DNA of 64,000 nt from Candidatus Pelethomonas sp. (GTDB lineage Bacteria; Bacillota; Clostridia; Oscillospirales; Oscillospiraceae), in NCBI GenBank assembly GCA_045658885.1, contig JAZOVU010000029.1, positions 74,652 through 138,651 of the forward strand, read 5' to 3'. Under the pieces are notes generated by a model. It worked only from the letters and a program-made list of their open reading frames with translations, did not search any database and was not told the DNA's origin. This document shows positions 1-11,330 of the stretch, in pieces. The position numbers and the translations under genes were made by a program. Within the stretch, counting starts at the first letter, position 1; every line of letters begins with the position of its first letter.

Positions 1-719
1 GTAAAGTTTGGCTGTACTGTGCGTACTCGTTGGCGGCTATCAATCTCGCCACTTGGCTCGTCGTACAGGAAACAATCGTTGCTCTGACACTTATCCTGTT
101 TTTCAGTGTCCTATTCCTCTGTGCCGCTGTTCGCATTGAATTTCTGACGCGCCGTGTGCAGGAGAAGTTGACGGCAGAAAGCGGAAAAGAGTGGTATGTA
201 GACGAAGATGACAAGTGGATTTTTGGTATCTTTTACTACAATCCCCATGACACCCGTACGCTTATCAACACGCGCGTGGGAATTAACCACACCTTTAATC
301 TGGCACGACCCGCAGGAAAAGCGTTGCTAGCATTTACCATACTTTTGATGCTCTCGATTCCGTTCTTAGGCATTTTTATCGACAGTATCAGCAAGCAACC
401 GTTGGCATTGGACATCCATGCAACCGCCATTGTGGCATCCCACGGCAACAGTCGGTATGAAGTGGCTTTGGAGGATATCGACACCATGACCCTGCTTGAT
501 ACTTTGCCCAAAGGTTTGCACCGTGTCAGCGGAACTGGGATGGACAATCTCCAAAAGGGGCGGTTTCGTTCCCCAGAGATGGGTCATATAACCCTCTGCC
601 TCGACCCACAGTGTCCACCGTTCCTACTGCTTCAGACCAAAGACGGACGACATTTTCTATTTGGCACAAGGGATTTTGCGATATCAGAAGATATTGTGGC
701 AGAACTCTTGCCAAAATAA
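1..719 (+). CDS. membrane protein, DUF5808-like region plus bacterial PH-like C-terminal region (probably 5' partial)
   Basis: The frame is open back to the window edge. It has an N-terminal hydrophobic helix, a segment FGIFYYNPHDTRTLINTRVGINHTFNLARP typical of DUF5808 proteins, a second TM stretch, and a soluble C-terminal domain. Confidence 0.5.
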   Translation, partial: KVWLYCAYSLAAINLATWLVVQETIVALTLILFFSVLFLCAAVRIEFLTRRVQEKLTAESGKEWYVDEDDKWIFGIFYYNPHDTRTLINTRVGINHTFNLARPAGKALLAFTILLMLSIPFLGIFIDSISKQPLALDIHATAIVASHGNSRYEVALEDIDTMTLLDTLPKGLHRVSGTGMDNLQKGRFRSPEMGHITLCLDPQCPPFLLLQTKDGRHFLFGTRDFAISEDIVAELLPK

Positions 720-809
720 GTGCATAAAGCAGAAAAAACTGGGAACGCCGTACAGCGTTCCCAGCTAATTTTTTTGTTACGCCTAATCGAACAAAAGAGT
801 TACTTCCGA

Positions 810-2159
810 TTAGAAGCAGCCCTGCTCCATCATAGCGGTAGCAACCTTCTTGAAGCCAGCGATGTTAGCACCAGCAACCAGGTCGTAACCCAGGCCGTAC
901 TCCTCAGCAGCCTCAACGGACATAGCGTGAATGACCTTCATGATGCCCTTCAGCTTCTCGTCGACCTCCTCAGCGGTCCAAACCAGACGCTCGCTGTTCT
1001 GGCTCATCTCCAGACCGGAAACAGCAACGCCACCGGCATTAACAGCCTTGGAAGGAGCAACAATCATGTGCTTCTGCTCACGCAGGAACTCCAGAGCATC
1101 GTTGGTGGTGGGCATGTTAGCAACTTCGATGTAGTACTTGACACCGGAAGCAGCAATCTTCTCAGCGGAATCCATGCGGACATCGTTCTGGGTAGCGGCG
1201 GGCATGTAGACATCGACATCCTTCACGCCCCAGCACTTAGCACCGGGAACGAACTCGCAGTTGTACTTCTCAGCATAGGGCTGGCAGTGCATGGGGTCCT
1301 TAGCACGCATCTCGAGGATGTAGTCCAGCTTCTCGCCAGTAACACCATCGGGATCGTGGATGTAACCGTCGGGACCTGCGAAGTAGGTAACCTTAGCACC
1401 CAGCTCAGCAGCCTTCTTCATGATACCCCAGCCGACATTGCCGTAGCCGGAGATAGCGATGCGCTTGCCCTCGATGGTGTCGTTCTCGTGAGCCAGAACT
1501 TCCTGCAGGTAGTAGACAGCACCGTAACCAGTAGCCTCGGGACGAATCAGGGAACCACCGTAGGTGAAGCCCTTACCGGTGAGAACGCCGTTCTCCCAAA
1601 CGCCCTTCAGGCGACGATACTGACCGTACAGGTAGCCAATCTCGCGGCCGCCAACACCCATGTCACCAGCGGGAACATCGACATCGGGTCCGATGTAACG
1701 ATACAGAGCAGTCATGAAGCTCTGGCAGAAGCGCATAACTTCAGCGTCGGACTTACCAGCGGGATCGAAGTCGGAACCGCCCTTACCGCCGCCCATGGGC
1801 AGACCAGTCAGGCTGTTCTTGAAGGTCTGCTCGAAGCCCAGGAACTTGATGACGCTGGGGGTAACATTAGCCTGGAAACGCAGACCGCCCTTGTAGGGGC
1901 CGATAGCACCGTTGAACTGGCAACGATAGCCGATGTTGGTGTGCCACTGACCAGCGTCGTCGCACCACACAACACGGAAAGTAAACATACGCTCGGGCTC
2001 GACCATGCGGGTCAGCAGGTCAGCCTTCTCGTACTCAGGATGTGCATCAATAACGGGGGAAATGGAGCTGAAAACCTCTTCGACGGTCTGGCAGAACTCA
2101 GGCTCGTCGGCATGCTTCTTCTTGACGTATTCGATTACGCTCTCGACATACTTGTTCAT
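810..2159 (-). CDS. gdhA: NADP-specific glutamate dehydrogenase
   Basis: Motifs KGGLRF, GLPMGGGKGGSDFDP and GYGNVG are present along a full-length GDH-like sequence. AGGAGG lies 9 nt upstream of the ATG at 2159. The ATG at 2168 abuts the RBS and is unlikely to be the start. Confidence 0.93.
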   Translation of the reverse strand: MNKYVESVIEYVKKKHADEPEFCQTVEEVFSSISPVIDAHPEYEKADLLTRMVEPERMFTFRVVWCDDAGQWHTNIGYRCQFNGAIGPYKGGLRFQANVTPSVIKFLGFEQTFKNSLTGLPMGGGKGGSDFDPAGKSDAEVMRFCQSFMTALYRYIGPDVDVPAGDMGVGGREIGYLYGQYRRLKGVWENGVLTGKGFTYGGSLIRPEATGYGAVYYLQEVLAHENDTIEGKRIAISGYGNVGWGIMKKAAELGAKVTYFAGPDGYIHDPDGVTGEKLDYILEMRAKDPMHCQPYAEKYNCEFVPGAKCWGVKDVDVYMPAATQNDVRMDSAEKIAASGVKYYIEVANMPTTNDALEFLREQKHMIVAPSKAVNAGGVAVSGLEMSQNSERLVWTAEEVDEKLKGIMKVIHAMSVEAAEEYGLGYDLVAGANIAGFKKVATAMMEQGCF

Positions 2160-2463
2160 TGGAATCATCCTCCTTAAATTTTAACAAAAAGAGCGAGCAG
2201 GAAACTTCCCACCCTTTTTCTCCTTCTTGTCCATCTTAACACTAATCGCTGGAAAACTCAACTAAAATAGCCCTCTTTTTCCCTGTACAAAATGTGGAAC
2301 TTTCTCCCGTTTTTTTGTGTATTTTGATTATTGGTGCTTAGATAGCGAAATCTGAGCGAAAACTGTCAGAGAACCACTTGAATAAAACCCAATATCTGTG
2401 ATATAAGTATACCGTCCATACCGCTGCATTTTAGAAAGAAACAATGAGAAAGGAAGAAAAAAC

Positions 2464-3681
2464 ATGAAAGTAACCTCCCGTGGCAAACTCCTGCGCGCTG
2501 TCGCAGGATGTCTTGTCGTACAGCTGTGCGTCGGTATCCTCTATCTGTGGAGTGTGTTCAAGCAATCCGCAATGACCCACTTCGGTTGGGAAAACGGCGC
2601 AGTCAACCTCGTGGCCTCGTATATGCTCCTCTCGTTCTGCCTTGGCGGACTGGTCGGTGGTATTTTACAGGACCGCATCGGCTCTAAGCCTGTCTGTATC
2701 GCTGGCGTTGCCCTGTTTGGTACTGGTATCCTCGCCTCCTCCTTCCTGCCTGCCACCGCACCCATTGCACTCTTTTATCTGACCTACTGCCTGCTGGCTG
2801 GTATGGGTACTGGTTTCGCCTATGGCGCAGTGCTCTCCTGTATCCAGAAGTGGTTCCCCCACAGACGCGGTTTCGCCACTGGTCTGGCAGTATCCGCATT
2901 TGGTCTGTCCACCGTGGTATTCTCCCCTGTCATCAGTGCCCTGCTCACCCGTATGTCCCTGCCGATGACACTGCGTACCCTCGCTGCGGTCTTTCTGGTA
3001 CTGGGTCTGGGGGCTTGTACCCAGATTTCTCTGCCCGATAAGGCATATCTGGATAGCTTGCATCTCCCCACCACCACTGCTTCTGCTACAGAATCCAAAA
3101 CGCTCTCTCAGGCCATTCGTATGTTGCCGTTCTGGTTGCTGTTCGCAGGTGCATTCCTGTACAACGGTACTTGGAATATGCTCACGCCCCTCATCAAAGG
3201 TCTGGGTGTTGAGCGTGGCTTGAGCGAAACTGCCGCCGTTATGTGTGTTTCTCTCACTGGTATCACCAATGCCGCAGGCCGTCTGTTGATGTCTGCTCTC
3301 TCCGATAAGTTGGGACGCGTTAAGACACTGACCCTCCTCTGCGCCATGACACTGGTAAGCGCACTGTTGCTGATTTTTGTCAACGGCCCTCTTTACCTGA
3401 TTGTTGTTCTGGTTACTGCATTTGCATTCGGCGCACAGGCCGCCATTAGTCCTGCTACCTCTACCGATTTCTTCGGTCCCAAGTACTCCGCTACCAATTA
3501 CGGCGTGATTATGCTGTCCCTCGGTCTGTCGTCCCTGACCTTTAACGCCATTTCCAACGCACTCTATGCCGCCAGTGGCAACTACACTAGCACCTTTATT
3601 ATGGGTGCGGTTACTGCACTGCTTGCCGCAGTCGCATTCGTACTCATTGGCCGTCTGAATAAAAAGCGCATCAATGCTTGA
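2464..3681 (+). CDS. MFS transporter (oxalate/formate antiporter-like family)
   Basis: About 12 hydrophobic segments, 405 aa, MFS-like loop motifs, and a purine-rich RBS upstream. Confidence 0.8.
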   Translation: MKVTSRGKLLRAVAGCLVVQLCVGILYLWSVFKQSAMTHFGWENGAVNLVASYMLLSFCLGGLVGGILQDRIGSKPVCIAGVALFGTGILASSFLPATAPIALFYLTYCLLAGMGTGFAYGAVLSCIQKWFPHRRGFATGLAVSAFGLSTVVFSPVISALLTRMSLPMTLRTLAAVFLVLGLGACTQISLPDKAYLDSLHLPTTTASATESKTLSQAIRMLPFWLLFAGAFLYNGTWNMLTPLIKGLGVERGLSETAAVMCVSLTGITNAAGRLLMSALSDKLGRVKTLTLLCAMTLVSALLLIFVNGPLYLIVVLVTAFAFGAQAAISPATSTDFFGPKYSATNYGVIMLSLGLSSLTFNAISNALYAASGNYTSTFIMGAVTALLAAVAFVLIGRLNKKRINA

Positions 3682-3735
3682 TACTTACCATAACCATCCA
3701 AACAGTCACACTATTTTTAATGGAGGATTTTCAAT

Positions 3736-4296
3736 ATGACTTACACCATGAAAGTTGCTGGTCTGGAGCGCGAACTGCCTCTCTGCAAGGTTTCCGACGA
3801 CCTCTATATCGGCGCATTTATTATCTTCGGTGATGCTGAACTGACGGTAGCCTGTGCGGAAGAACTGCTCAAGCGCATCCCGGCGGACAGCTACGACTAT
3901 ATGCTCACCGCCGAAGCTAAGAGCATTCCCCTCATTCACGAGATGGCGCGCCAGAGTGGTGCGAAGAAATACTTCATCGCACGCAAGGGCTCCAAAGTCT
4001 ATATGCCCGACCCCATCCATGTTTCCGTTCGCTCCATCACCACACTGCGTCAGCAGGATTTGTTCCTCGGCAGTGACGACTGCGCGCTCATCAAGGGCAA
4101 GCGTATTCTGATTGTCGACGATGTGATTTCCACTGGCGAGAGCCTGCACGCACTGGAAGAATTGGTCAAGACCGCAGGCGGTATCGTCACCGGTCGTGCC
4201 GCGATTCTCGCCGAGGGCGATGCACTGACCCGTGAGGATATCACTTACCTCGCTCCCCTGCCTGTCTTTAACGCAGACGGCACGGTGAAGGAATAA
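3736..4296 (+). CDS. type I phosphoribosyltransferase family protein (purine/adenine PRTase-like)
   Basis: PRPP-binding motif ILIVDDVISTGESL. GGAGG lies 9 nt upstream of the ATG. Confidence 0.8.
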   Translation: MTYTMKVAGLERELPLCKVSDDLYIGAFIIFGDAELTVACAEELLKRIPADSYDYMLTAEAKSIPLIHEMARQSGAKKYFIARKGSKVYMPDPIHVSVRSITTLRQQDLFLGSDDCALIKGKRILIVDDVISTGESLHALEELVKTAGGIVTGRAAILAEGDALTREDITYLAPLPVFNADGTVKE

Positions 4297-4311
4297 CCCA
4301 AACTGCATACG

Positions 4312-4351
4312 AAAAGCACCGCTGTTGTTTGTCACGGCGGTGCTTTTTTGT
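4312..4351. terminator. bidirectional intrinsic terminator between the convergent PRTase and addA genes
   Basis: Hairpin AGCACCGC...GCGGTGCT is flanked by an A-run and TTTTTT. Confidence 0.6.
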
Positions 4352-4355
4352 TGCG

Positions 4356-7300
4356 TTATAGGGTAATCGTTTCCCCTGTGCCGAGGAAATACAATACCCT
4401 ACGGATGACTGGTTTTTCAAAAATTTGCTCCAAGGCTGTGCTATATGCCTGTACCTGTGGGCGGTAGTGCTGTACTTTTTCTGCCAGATTCTCCTGCGTC
4501 ACATAGTCGGTTTTGAAGTCCACGACAATAATACCATCGTCCGTTTCCGCAAACAAGTCCACAACACCCTGTAACAGCACTTGGTCGTCAGGGGACACCC
4601 CATCGTAGTACGCCTGTGCATCGACCAACAAGCTAAAGCGATATTCTCGCTCCACCGTCTTTGCCGCACGCAGTTCATCCGCGAGTGGCGAGGTAAGAAA
4701 GCGTTCGATGGCGCGCCGATTCACCGCTTTCGCCTGTTGTTCCGTGAGTAACCGCCGTTCTATCAGCTGTTGTATGGTGTCCGATACCTTGCCATCCAAC
4801 GGAAGATACTGCATCACCAGATGGGTCGCCGTACCGCGCTGGTCTGCGGTCAACGGCACTTCGCCAGAGAGAAACCGCGGTGCGTCAAAACTACAGCGGT
4901 AATACGGGCGCGCAGTGTTTTCTGTAATCTCCTCGTCCTTTCCGCGCCCTTTCATCTGGGTTGCAGTGAGTTTGGTTGGGGTGAAACAGGCATTGCTGTG
5001 TGGATAGACATAGTCCAATACCGCACGGTCAAACGGCAACGCGGTCGGTTGCGCCAGTTCTCCCTCCCCTTCCGTATCACAGACCTGCGCGTGGGCAAAA
5101 TCCATCCCATCATGGAATTGGACGCGCCATGCGGTATCCTCGGTCAGTGCATATCTGCCCTCGTCCATGTTGGCAATCACACGCAGTTCCAGAGATTCGC
5201 GCCGTTGCAACAGGGGCAACAGAATCCACTCCGCCATGGATTTCGCGCTGTCCACGGTTTCTGGTGGAACAGGCAGGGACGACACCGCCATCAGGTCAGC
5301 AAGTTTTTTCGCCGCCGACTGCATCGAGGCAACCATAATGAGCTTTTCTCTGGCACGGGTCATGCCGACATACAGCACACGCATCTCCTCGGCACGCATC
5401 TCCCGACTGATACGCGCCGCAATCGCATCACGGGCAACAGTCGGATAGCGGATGTGTCGTTGCAGGTCGATGTACATAGGACCCAACCCCAACTTAGGAT
5501 GCACGAGAACAGGTGTCTGCAAATCCACCTGATTGAACGACTTGTTGAGGTCAGCTAAAATAACGATGGGAAATTCCAAGCCCTTCGACTTGTGGATACT
5601 CATAATCTGTACCCCGTTGTTGGTGCTGGTAGAAACACCTGTCGGCTGGTCGCCGTGCTCCAACAGAAAACGCAGATGGCTGACAAAGGAAAACAGTCCC
5701 TTGTACCCAGCAGTTTCAAAGTTTTTCGCGTGTTCGTACAGCGCAATGAGATTTTCCCGGCGGTCCTCTCCGTGCGACATCGCGCCGAACACACCCAAGA
5801 TATGAAAGGTATTGTATAGGTGCCAGAGCAGACGGTGTACACTCATATCCTTGGCGCGTGTGCGAAGCTCCGCCAACTGTGCAAGGAATTGGGTACAGTC
5901 CGCATCGGTACAGGCGACCAGGGCATCGTAAAAATTCCCCTCTGCGTGTTGTCCGCGGATAAGCGCCAGTCGGTCAGGGCTGAATCCGAAAACAGGCGAA
6001 CGCAAAACAGAAATGAGTGGCACATCCTGTCGAGGATTATCTAATACCTGCAAGAAAGCGAAAACAACCGCTACCTCCATCGTCGCAAAAAAATTGTCGT
6101 TTTCCTGCACGGAACAGCGGATATTTTGCTCCGCCAAGGCGCGGATATAGTGGTGCAAGCGAGGTCCTGGGGAACGCATCAGTATCACGATATCCTCCGC
6201 ACAACAGGGGCGGAACCCATCGCCGTCTGCCACAGGATAGCCCTCATCCAACAGCGTACGAATCCGCTGGGCAACAAAACGCGCTTCGAGCAGGGCACGG
6301 CTCACGCGCTCCTCCCCGCCGAACGGCACCCCAAGCAGATGGAACTCTGGCGCGTCATCTGCGCGCTCTGGCAGATAAGTTGCGCCAAAATTCAGCTGTT
6401 CCTCGTCGCCGTAGTCCATCTCGCCCATTTCCTGGGACATAATCGCACGGAATACAAAGTTGGTCGCGTCCAACACGGGTTGTCGGGAACGGAAATTCTG
6501 GGAGAGCAAAATCTTTCTCGCTTCCCCCGATACGGCATCCTGTGCGTAGGGATACTGGAGATACTTCTCCAGAAAGATGGTGGGGTCGGCCAGACGGAAG
6601 CGGTAAATGGACTGCTTCATATCTCCCACCGTAAAGAGATTTTGACCATTCTGAGAAATGGCGGAGAAAATACAATTCTGTACTTGGTTGGTGTCTTGAT
6701 ACTCGTCCACCATCACTTCACAATATCGTTGGGCAACCAGATGCGCCAACGGCGTGCGTTCTCCGTTCTCGTCTAAGAGCAGAGAGATGGCGTAGTGTTC
6801 CTGGTCGGAGAAGTCGGTCACATTACGGCGCAGTTTTTCTTTGCGGTAGGCATCGGAGAAATCCATGCAGAGCTGTAACAGTGCCTCCATCGCCGCCGCG
6901 CAGTTCCGCAAATCGAGCGTAGCATCCTCCGCGCGGACGGAGAGAATCCCCAGTGCGCTCGCCAGTTCCTTTTTGCACTTGGCACGGATACTCTTTAGCT
7001 TTTCTTTCAGTTCGACCGCCGTACTTTTGCGAGAACCAGACAGTGTCACCCAGTCCAATGGATAGGAACCAGCGACATCCCAACCCTCGTCTATCTTTCG
7101 CGCCAGATGTTCTAACATGGTGATGTCAAGTAGAAAGGCTTTCCCATAGCCTTTTTTCAGTTCTTCATCGCCATCCATCTGGGCAACACAGTCCCTAAAT
7201 ATCGAAATCCAGTGGTGTACCTTTCGTTTGAGTGCGGAAAGCAGCTCCTGTCCGAATACCGTCTGGCTGACATCGTCTGGCAACGACCGCCAGCTTGCTT

Positions 7301-7901
7301 TTTGTTCTTCCAACCATTTCTCGGGGTAGGCGTGGCTCTGTATTTTGGCATATAGCTCCAATACTAATGTTTCCAAACCACGGTCATCTCGACCAAATCC
7401 GAAGGCATCCGCCAACATCGCTCCGCCGTGCGTCAAGTTCGCATAGAAGGATTCCAACACACGGGGCAATACACGGCGGCGCAACAGGTCTGCCTCACTC
7501 TCATCGAGTACGCGGAAATCTGCCGTTAAACTGCGTCCCTCCGCCGTATGCAACAGATGGACATTTTCGCGCAACAGACCCGTGCAAAATGCGTCAATCG
7601 TCTTAATATCCGCCTGATAGACCAGCAGTAGCTGTCGCTGTAGATGGCGATTACTGGGGTCATCGGCTAGGTACTCGCTCAACTCCTGTGCGATGCGCTC
7701 GCGCAGTTCAGCGGCGGCGGCGCGGGTATAAGTGATGATGAGGAAATCATCAATGTTTGCCTGTTCTTCGCCGAGAATCCGCCGAAACAGTCGTTCCACC
7801 AAAACGCGCGTTTTACCACTACCAGCGGCTGCACTGACCAACAGACTTCCCCCTTGGTTCTCGACGACTGCCTGTTGGCTCGGTGTGAGCTGAATCTTCA
7901 T
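4356..7901 (-). CDS. addA: ATP-dependent helicase/nuclease subunit A (AddA/RexA, UvrD-like helicase plus PD-(D/E)xK nuclease)
   Basis: Walker A AAAGSGKT, DEYQDT box, UvrD-like motifs, 1181 aa. The ATGA overlap with addB indicates translational coupling. Confidence 0.9.
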   Translation of the reverse strand: MKIQLTPSQQAVVENQGGSLLVSAAAGSGKTRVLVERLFRRILGEEQANIDDFLIITYTRAAAAELRERIAQELSEYLADDPSNRHLQRQLLLVYQADIKTIDAFCTGLLRENVHLLHTAEGRSLTADFRVLDESEADLLRRRVLPRVLESFYANLTHGGAMLADAFGFGRDDRGLETLVLELYAKIQSHAYPEKWLEEQKASWRSLPDDVSQTVFGQELLSALKRKVHHWISIFRDCVAQMDGDEELKKGYGKAFLLDITMLEHLARKIDEGWDVAGSYPLDWVTLSGSRKSTAVELKEKLKSIRAKCKKELASALGILSVRAEDATLDLRNCAAAMEALLQLCMDFSDAYRKEKLRRNVTDFSDQEHYAISLLLDENGERTPLAHLVAQRYCEVMVDEYQDTNQVQNCIFSAISQNGQNLFTVGDMKQSIYRFRLADPTIFLEKYLQYPYAQDAVSGEARKILLSQNFRSRQPVLDATNFVFRAIMSQEMGEMDYGDEEQLNFGATYLPERADDAPEFHLLGVPFGGEERVSRALLEARFVAQRIRTLLDEGYPVADGDGFRPCCAEDIVILMRSPGPRLHHYIRALAEQNIRCSVQENDNFFATMEVAVVFAFLQVLDNPRQDVPLISVLRSPVFGFSPDRLALIRGQHAEGNFYDALVACTDADCTQFLAQLAELRTRAKDMSVHRLLWHLYNTFHILGVFGAMSHGEDRRENLIALYEHAKNFETAGYKGLFSFVSHLRFLLEHGDQPTGVSTSTNNGVQIMSIHKSKGLEFPIVILADLNKSFNQVDLQTPVLVHPKLGLGPMYIDLQRHIRYPTVARDAIAARISREMRAEEMRVLYVGMTRAREKLIMVASMQSAAKKLADLMAVSSLPVPPETVDSAKSMAEWILLPLLQRRESLELRVIANMDEGRYALTEDTAWRVQFHDGMDFAHAQVCDTEGEGELAQPTALPFDRAVLDYVYPHSNACFTPTKLTATQMKGRGKDEEITENTARPYYRCSFDAPRFLSGEVPLTADQRGTATHLVMQYLPLDGKVSDTIQQLIERRLLTEQQAKAVNRRAIERFLTSPLADELRAAKTVEREYRFSLLVDAQAYYDGVSPDDQVLLQGVVDLFAETDDGIIVVDFKTDYVTQENLAEKVQHYRPQVQAYSTALEQIFEKPVIRRVLYFLGTGETITL

Positions 7902-10900
7902 GCTTTCTCACTCTCCTTCTGATTGCTCTCATCGATATAGTTCCAAAAGTCCTCGGTACGGATGGGACGAATCAATTTCATATGGTCGTTCTCGTCCATA
8001 TCCATAAAATGACACGCGGAGGCAAATTCGCAGTAAGTACAGGCGTTATCGTTCTCGTTGTGTCCACAGGGGTCCGCATCAATATTTCCCCCATGCAGTT
8101 CCGTGGCAATCCGTTTTAGCAAGGTGTCCACATATCGACTGAGTTTTCCCAGTTCCTCGGCAGTTGCCACGCCTTTGGTAATACTGCCATCTTTTCCAAT
8201 CGACAGAGGCAAAAACCGTGGATTCTCCAATGCACCGTGTTCCATCGCCTCCAATACGGCAGGTTCTGCCAACACCATACCACTGCGGCGCAGTTCCTTG
8301 TCCATGGCATCGCGCAGTTTTTGTTCCGCCACACCGCGCGGCGCATGGATGAGTACATCACGCGCTGGGAAGTACAGAATACCAGCAGGCACGACCTCCT
8401 GCCCCTGAAACAGGTGCTTGCCCTGTTTTTGTAGAGCAAAGAGATAGAGCAACATCTGGATGTTTAAGCCGTGGCGCACATCGCTCAAATCAAACGCCTT
8501 TTTACCAGATTTGTAGTCGACCACGCGGAGATATAGTTTGCCATCTTTGAGCCATCCGTCCACACGGTCCACCTTACCAACGACTGTCAATGCTGTTTCA
8601 TCGGTACGCATGGAAATAGCAGGTACTGTTCCATGCTCGCTAAAATCCAACTCAAAATACAGGGGGACGAAGTCGGACTTCTGTAGTTCCTCCGCCGCAT
8701 TCTCCACAATCGTTGTGACCGTCTTACCCAACCGCCGAAACAGATATTGAAAACGCGCTTCTTTTTCCGTAAAACCTGGCAAAGAAGTTTCCATATACCC
8801 TTGAATCACTTCATCAATGAATGTCTGCAACTCCCCTTCCCCAAGGGCAGAAAAACCACCACACGCCATGACCTTGCGCGTGACATGTTCCAGTACATAG
8901 TGCATAAAGGTGCCAATCTGCGTGGCATCGAATTTTGCTCCACTGCGCTCCTTGGCACGCAGTCCGTACTGCATAAAGTAGGCGAAGTGGCAGGAATTGA
9001 TTTTATCAATTTTACTGGCCGACAGGCGGTAATTACGGCCATACAGGGCTTCTACCGCCTGTTCGGATAACCGACCGCGTGTCATACCTGCGGCGCGTTG
9101 CATTGCGGTAAGCTTCGGCGCATATTGGTCATTAGTCGCGAAATAGTCCCATAGAGGACTACCACAATTTCCACCTGCCATCTCCAAGGCAGGAATCCCT
9201 GCGCGCAGACGGTAGGCATGGTTGCTATCTTCCGCCTGTATCTCAACACCTTCCAACAGCGCGCGGATACGCCCCACCACAAACGACGGGCGCAACGGAT
9301 TGCCCAGTAAATCCGCCGTTGGCCATGTGACACACAGCCCCTCATACGGCTGTGCAAGGGTGGCATAGAGGTTTTGTAGTTCAATATCCAGCAAATCCAA
9401 TCCACTGGGGGCAAGTTCAATGCCACGCTCTGACAACAGCGAACGGTCCTCCCGATTGAGCAACCCTGTGTGCATCTGCACCGCAGGCAGAACATGGTCG
9501 TTACACCCTATCAGAAATACATATCTGCTCTGTCGCCGTTCATTTCTGGTAATCTGCGACACCTGTACCTGGTCGAGGGAGGCAGGAATCGTACCAATGT
9601 CGTACTGGGTCAGAATGAGTTTCATCAGTCTGCCAAATTCCTCGTGGTCCATGGGCATATCACCCAATGTCTGTGCAAACTGGTCCATGACACTGCACAG
9701 CAATTCCCACAGCTGGCTGTACTCGCTGGCGCGCTGTAGTTCTCCCAACTGTTCCAACTGTTCCGTTCGCTCTGACAGCTGTGCCGCCAGACCGATATCC
9801 TCCAAGAACTGCCACAAAACTTTGAGTTTTCCTGTTGCTCCCTCCTCTGCCTTATATCCCTGTGCCAGACGGCGCAGAGGGTCGCTCACACGGCTACGCA
9901 GGGTATTGATATACGCCAGCTTTTCCTCCTGTTCCTCCGAAAAGCCGTCGCACCAACCGTCGGGGTTCGCACTCCAATTCTCCTCACGCACCCACATCGA
10001 GCCGTGGATGTCCCACAGAATGACATAGTTCTCGAGAATGTCGCACTCCTCGTCATTCAAACCTGCCAGTCCTGTTTTCAGCCAGCGGAACATATCCTCG
10101 TACTCATAGCCACCTGCCACACTGTCCAACACCCCCGTGAGCAGGCTGATGACAGGTTTTTCGAGAATGTCACTGCGCCGACTGAGGTAAAATGGAATCC
10201 CATATCGTTCAAAGACATTTTCCATCGTGGCGGCATAGTCGTCAATGTTACGGGCGACCACAGCAATATCACGAAACCGACAGCCTTTCTCTCGGACAAG
10301 GCGCAAAATTTCAGAGGCAACATATTCCACTTCTGAGAACATTCCATTGGCACGGTACAGACGCACCGCAGAGCAGTCGCCCTGCCATGCACCATTTCCG
10401 CCGAAAAAATTTGCCTCCAGATGTTGCAGGGCGTTGGTCGGCTGTTTACTCTCTCGATACACCACATGACAGGGGATACTATCCCTAGAACAGAGGCGAA
10501 GCAGTCTATCTCTCGTCCGCAGACTTTGGTGGAAAATTTCGAGCGTACTGCCTTGCTCCCCCAACAGCGTGATACTGACACTCTCACAGCGGTGCAGGAG
10601 CATCGCAATCAGCTGTTCTTCCTGCGCGGTAAAGTAGGAGAATCCGTCCAAGTAGAAATCCTTTCCGTCTGCATAACCAGATTCCTCCAATCGCTCCAAT
10701 AGCTTCGTCATCAAATCACGGCGGTCACCATGCTCTCCCTGTAATTTGGACAGGTACGCGGCATAAATCAGACTGACATCGCGCAGTTTGTCCCCCGACA
10801 TCCCCTCCAAAATCTGCGAAACATCGCCCAATGTTTCTGGAAGGACACGACAACTCTGCAATTCATCGCACAGTGTCACCAGTTCTGCCAAAAAACTCGC

Positions 10901-11239
10901 CCTGCGCGACGGACGCGCATAGACTTTCAGAACAGATGCCGTTTCTTGGAGTGCCAGTTGCATCATCAACAGCTTACCACCTGCGTCCAGTGTTCCGTCT
11001 GTCAATCCCCCTGTCAAGGTCAACACACGGTTTGCCAACAGACGCGGACTCAACACTTCCGCGTAGCGCGAAACGCTCGCACCGCACTGTCGCACCAAAT
11101 CCACTTCCGTCTGGTGTGAAATATGCTCTGGCACCAATAAAATTTGTTTTCTGATGTTTCCTCGCTCCTGCATCTGGGCAAAGATGCGCTGTGTCTTTCC
11201 TGTATTCGCACGACCGATTAAAAGATTCATTCTTGCCAT
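7898..11239 (-). CDS. addB: ATP-dependent helicase/nuclease subunit B (AddB/RexB)
   Basis: N-terminal GRANTGKT. A C-terminal nuclease region carries a Cys cluster (CGHNENDNACTYCEFASAC) typical of the AddB Fe-S domain. Start chosen at MARMNLLIGRA, which has an upstream GGGGAG RBS. Confidence 0.88.
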   Translation of the reverse strand: MARMNLLIGRANTGKTQRIFAQMQERGNIRKQILLVPEHISHQTEVDLVRQCGASVSRYAEVLSPRLLANRVLTLTGGLTDGTLDAGGKLLMMQLALQETASVLKVYARPSRRASFLAELVTLCDELQSCRVLPETLGDVSQILEGMSGDKLRDVSLIYAAYLSKLQGEHGDRRDLMTKLLERLEESGYADGKDFYLDGFSYFTAQEEQLIAMLLHRCESVSITLLGEQGSTLEIFHQSLRTRDRLLRLCSRDSIPCHVVYRESKQPTNALQHLEANFFGGNGAWQGDCSAVRLYRANGMFSEVEYVASEILRLVREKGCRFRDIAVVARNIDDYAATMENVFERYGIPFYLSRRSDILEKPVISLLTGVLDSVAGGYEYEDMFRWLKTGLAGLNDEECDILENYVILWDIHGSMWVREENWSANPDGWCDGFSEEQEEKLAYINTLRSRVSDPLRRLAQGYKAEEGATGKLKVLWQFLEDIGLAAQLSERTEQLEQLGELQRASEYSQLWELLCSVMDQFAQTLGDMPMDHEEFGRLMKLILTQYDIGTIPASLDQVQVSQITRNERRQSRYVFLIGCNDHVLPAVQMHTGLLNREDRSLLSERGIELAPSGLDLLDIELQNLYATLAQPYEGLCVTWPTADLLGNPLRPSFVVGRIRALLEGVEIQAEDSNHAYRLRAGIPALEMAGGNCGSPLWDYFATNDQYAPKLTAMQRAAGMTRGRLSEQAVEALYGRNYRLSASKIDKINSCHFAYFMQYGLRAKERSGAKFDATQIGTFMHYVLEHVTRKVMACGGFSALGEGELQTFIDEVIQGYMETSLPGFTEKEARFQYLFRRLGKTVTTIVENAAEELQKSDFVPLYFELDFSEHGTVPAISMRTDETALTVVGKVDRVDGWLKDGKLYLRVVDYKSGKKAFDLSDVRHGLNIQMLLYLFALQKQGKHLFQGQEVVPAGILYFPARDVLIHAPRGVAEQKLRDAMDKELRRSGMVLAEPAVLEAMEHGALENPRFLPLSIGKDGSITKGVATAEELGKLSRYVDTLLKRIATELHGGNIDADPCGHNENDNACTYCEFASACHFMDMDENDHMKLIRPIRTEDFWNYIDESNQKESEKA

Positions 11240-11330
11240 GGTATTTTCTCCCCTAGTGGCTACAACGGGGCTGTTACAAACCGCAGTTGCAACAGCCCCA
11301 AGAAATTTTATATACAATAAAAATAAACAA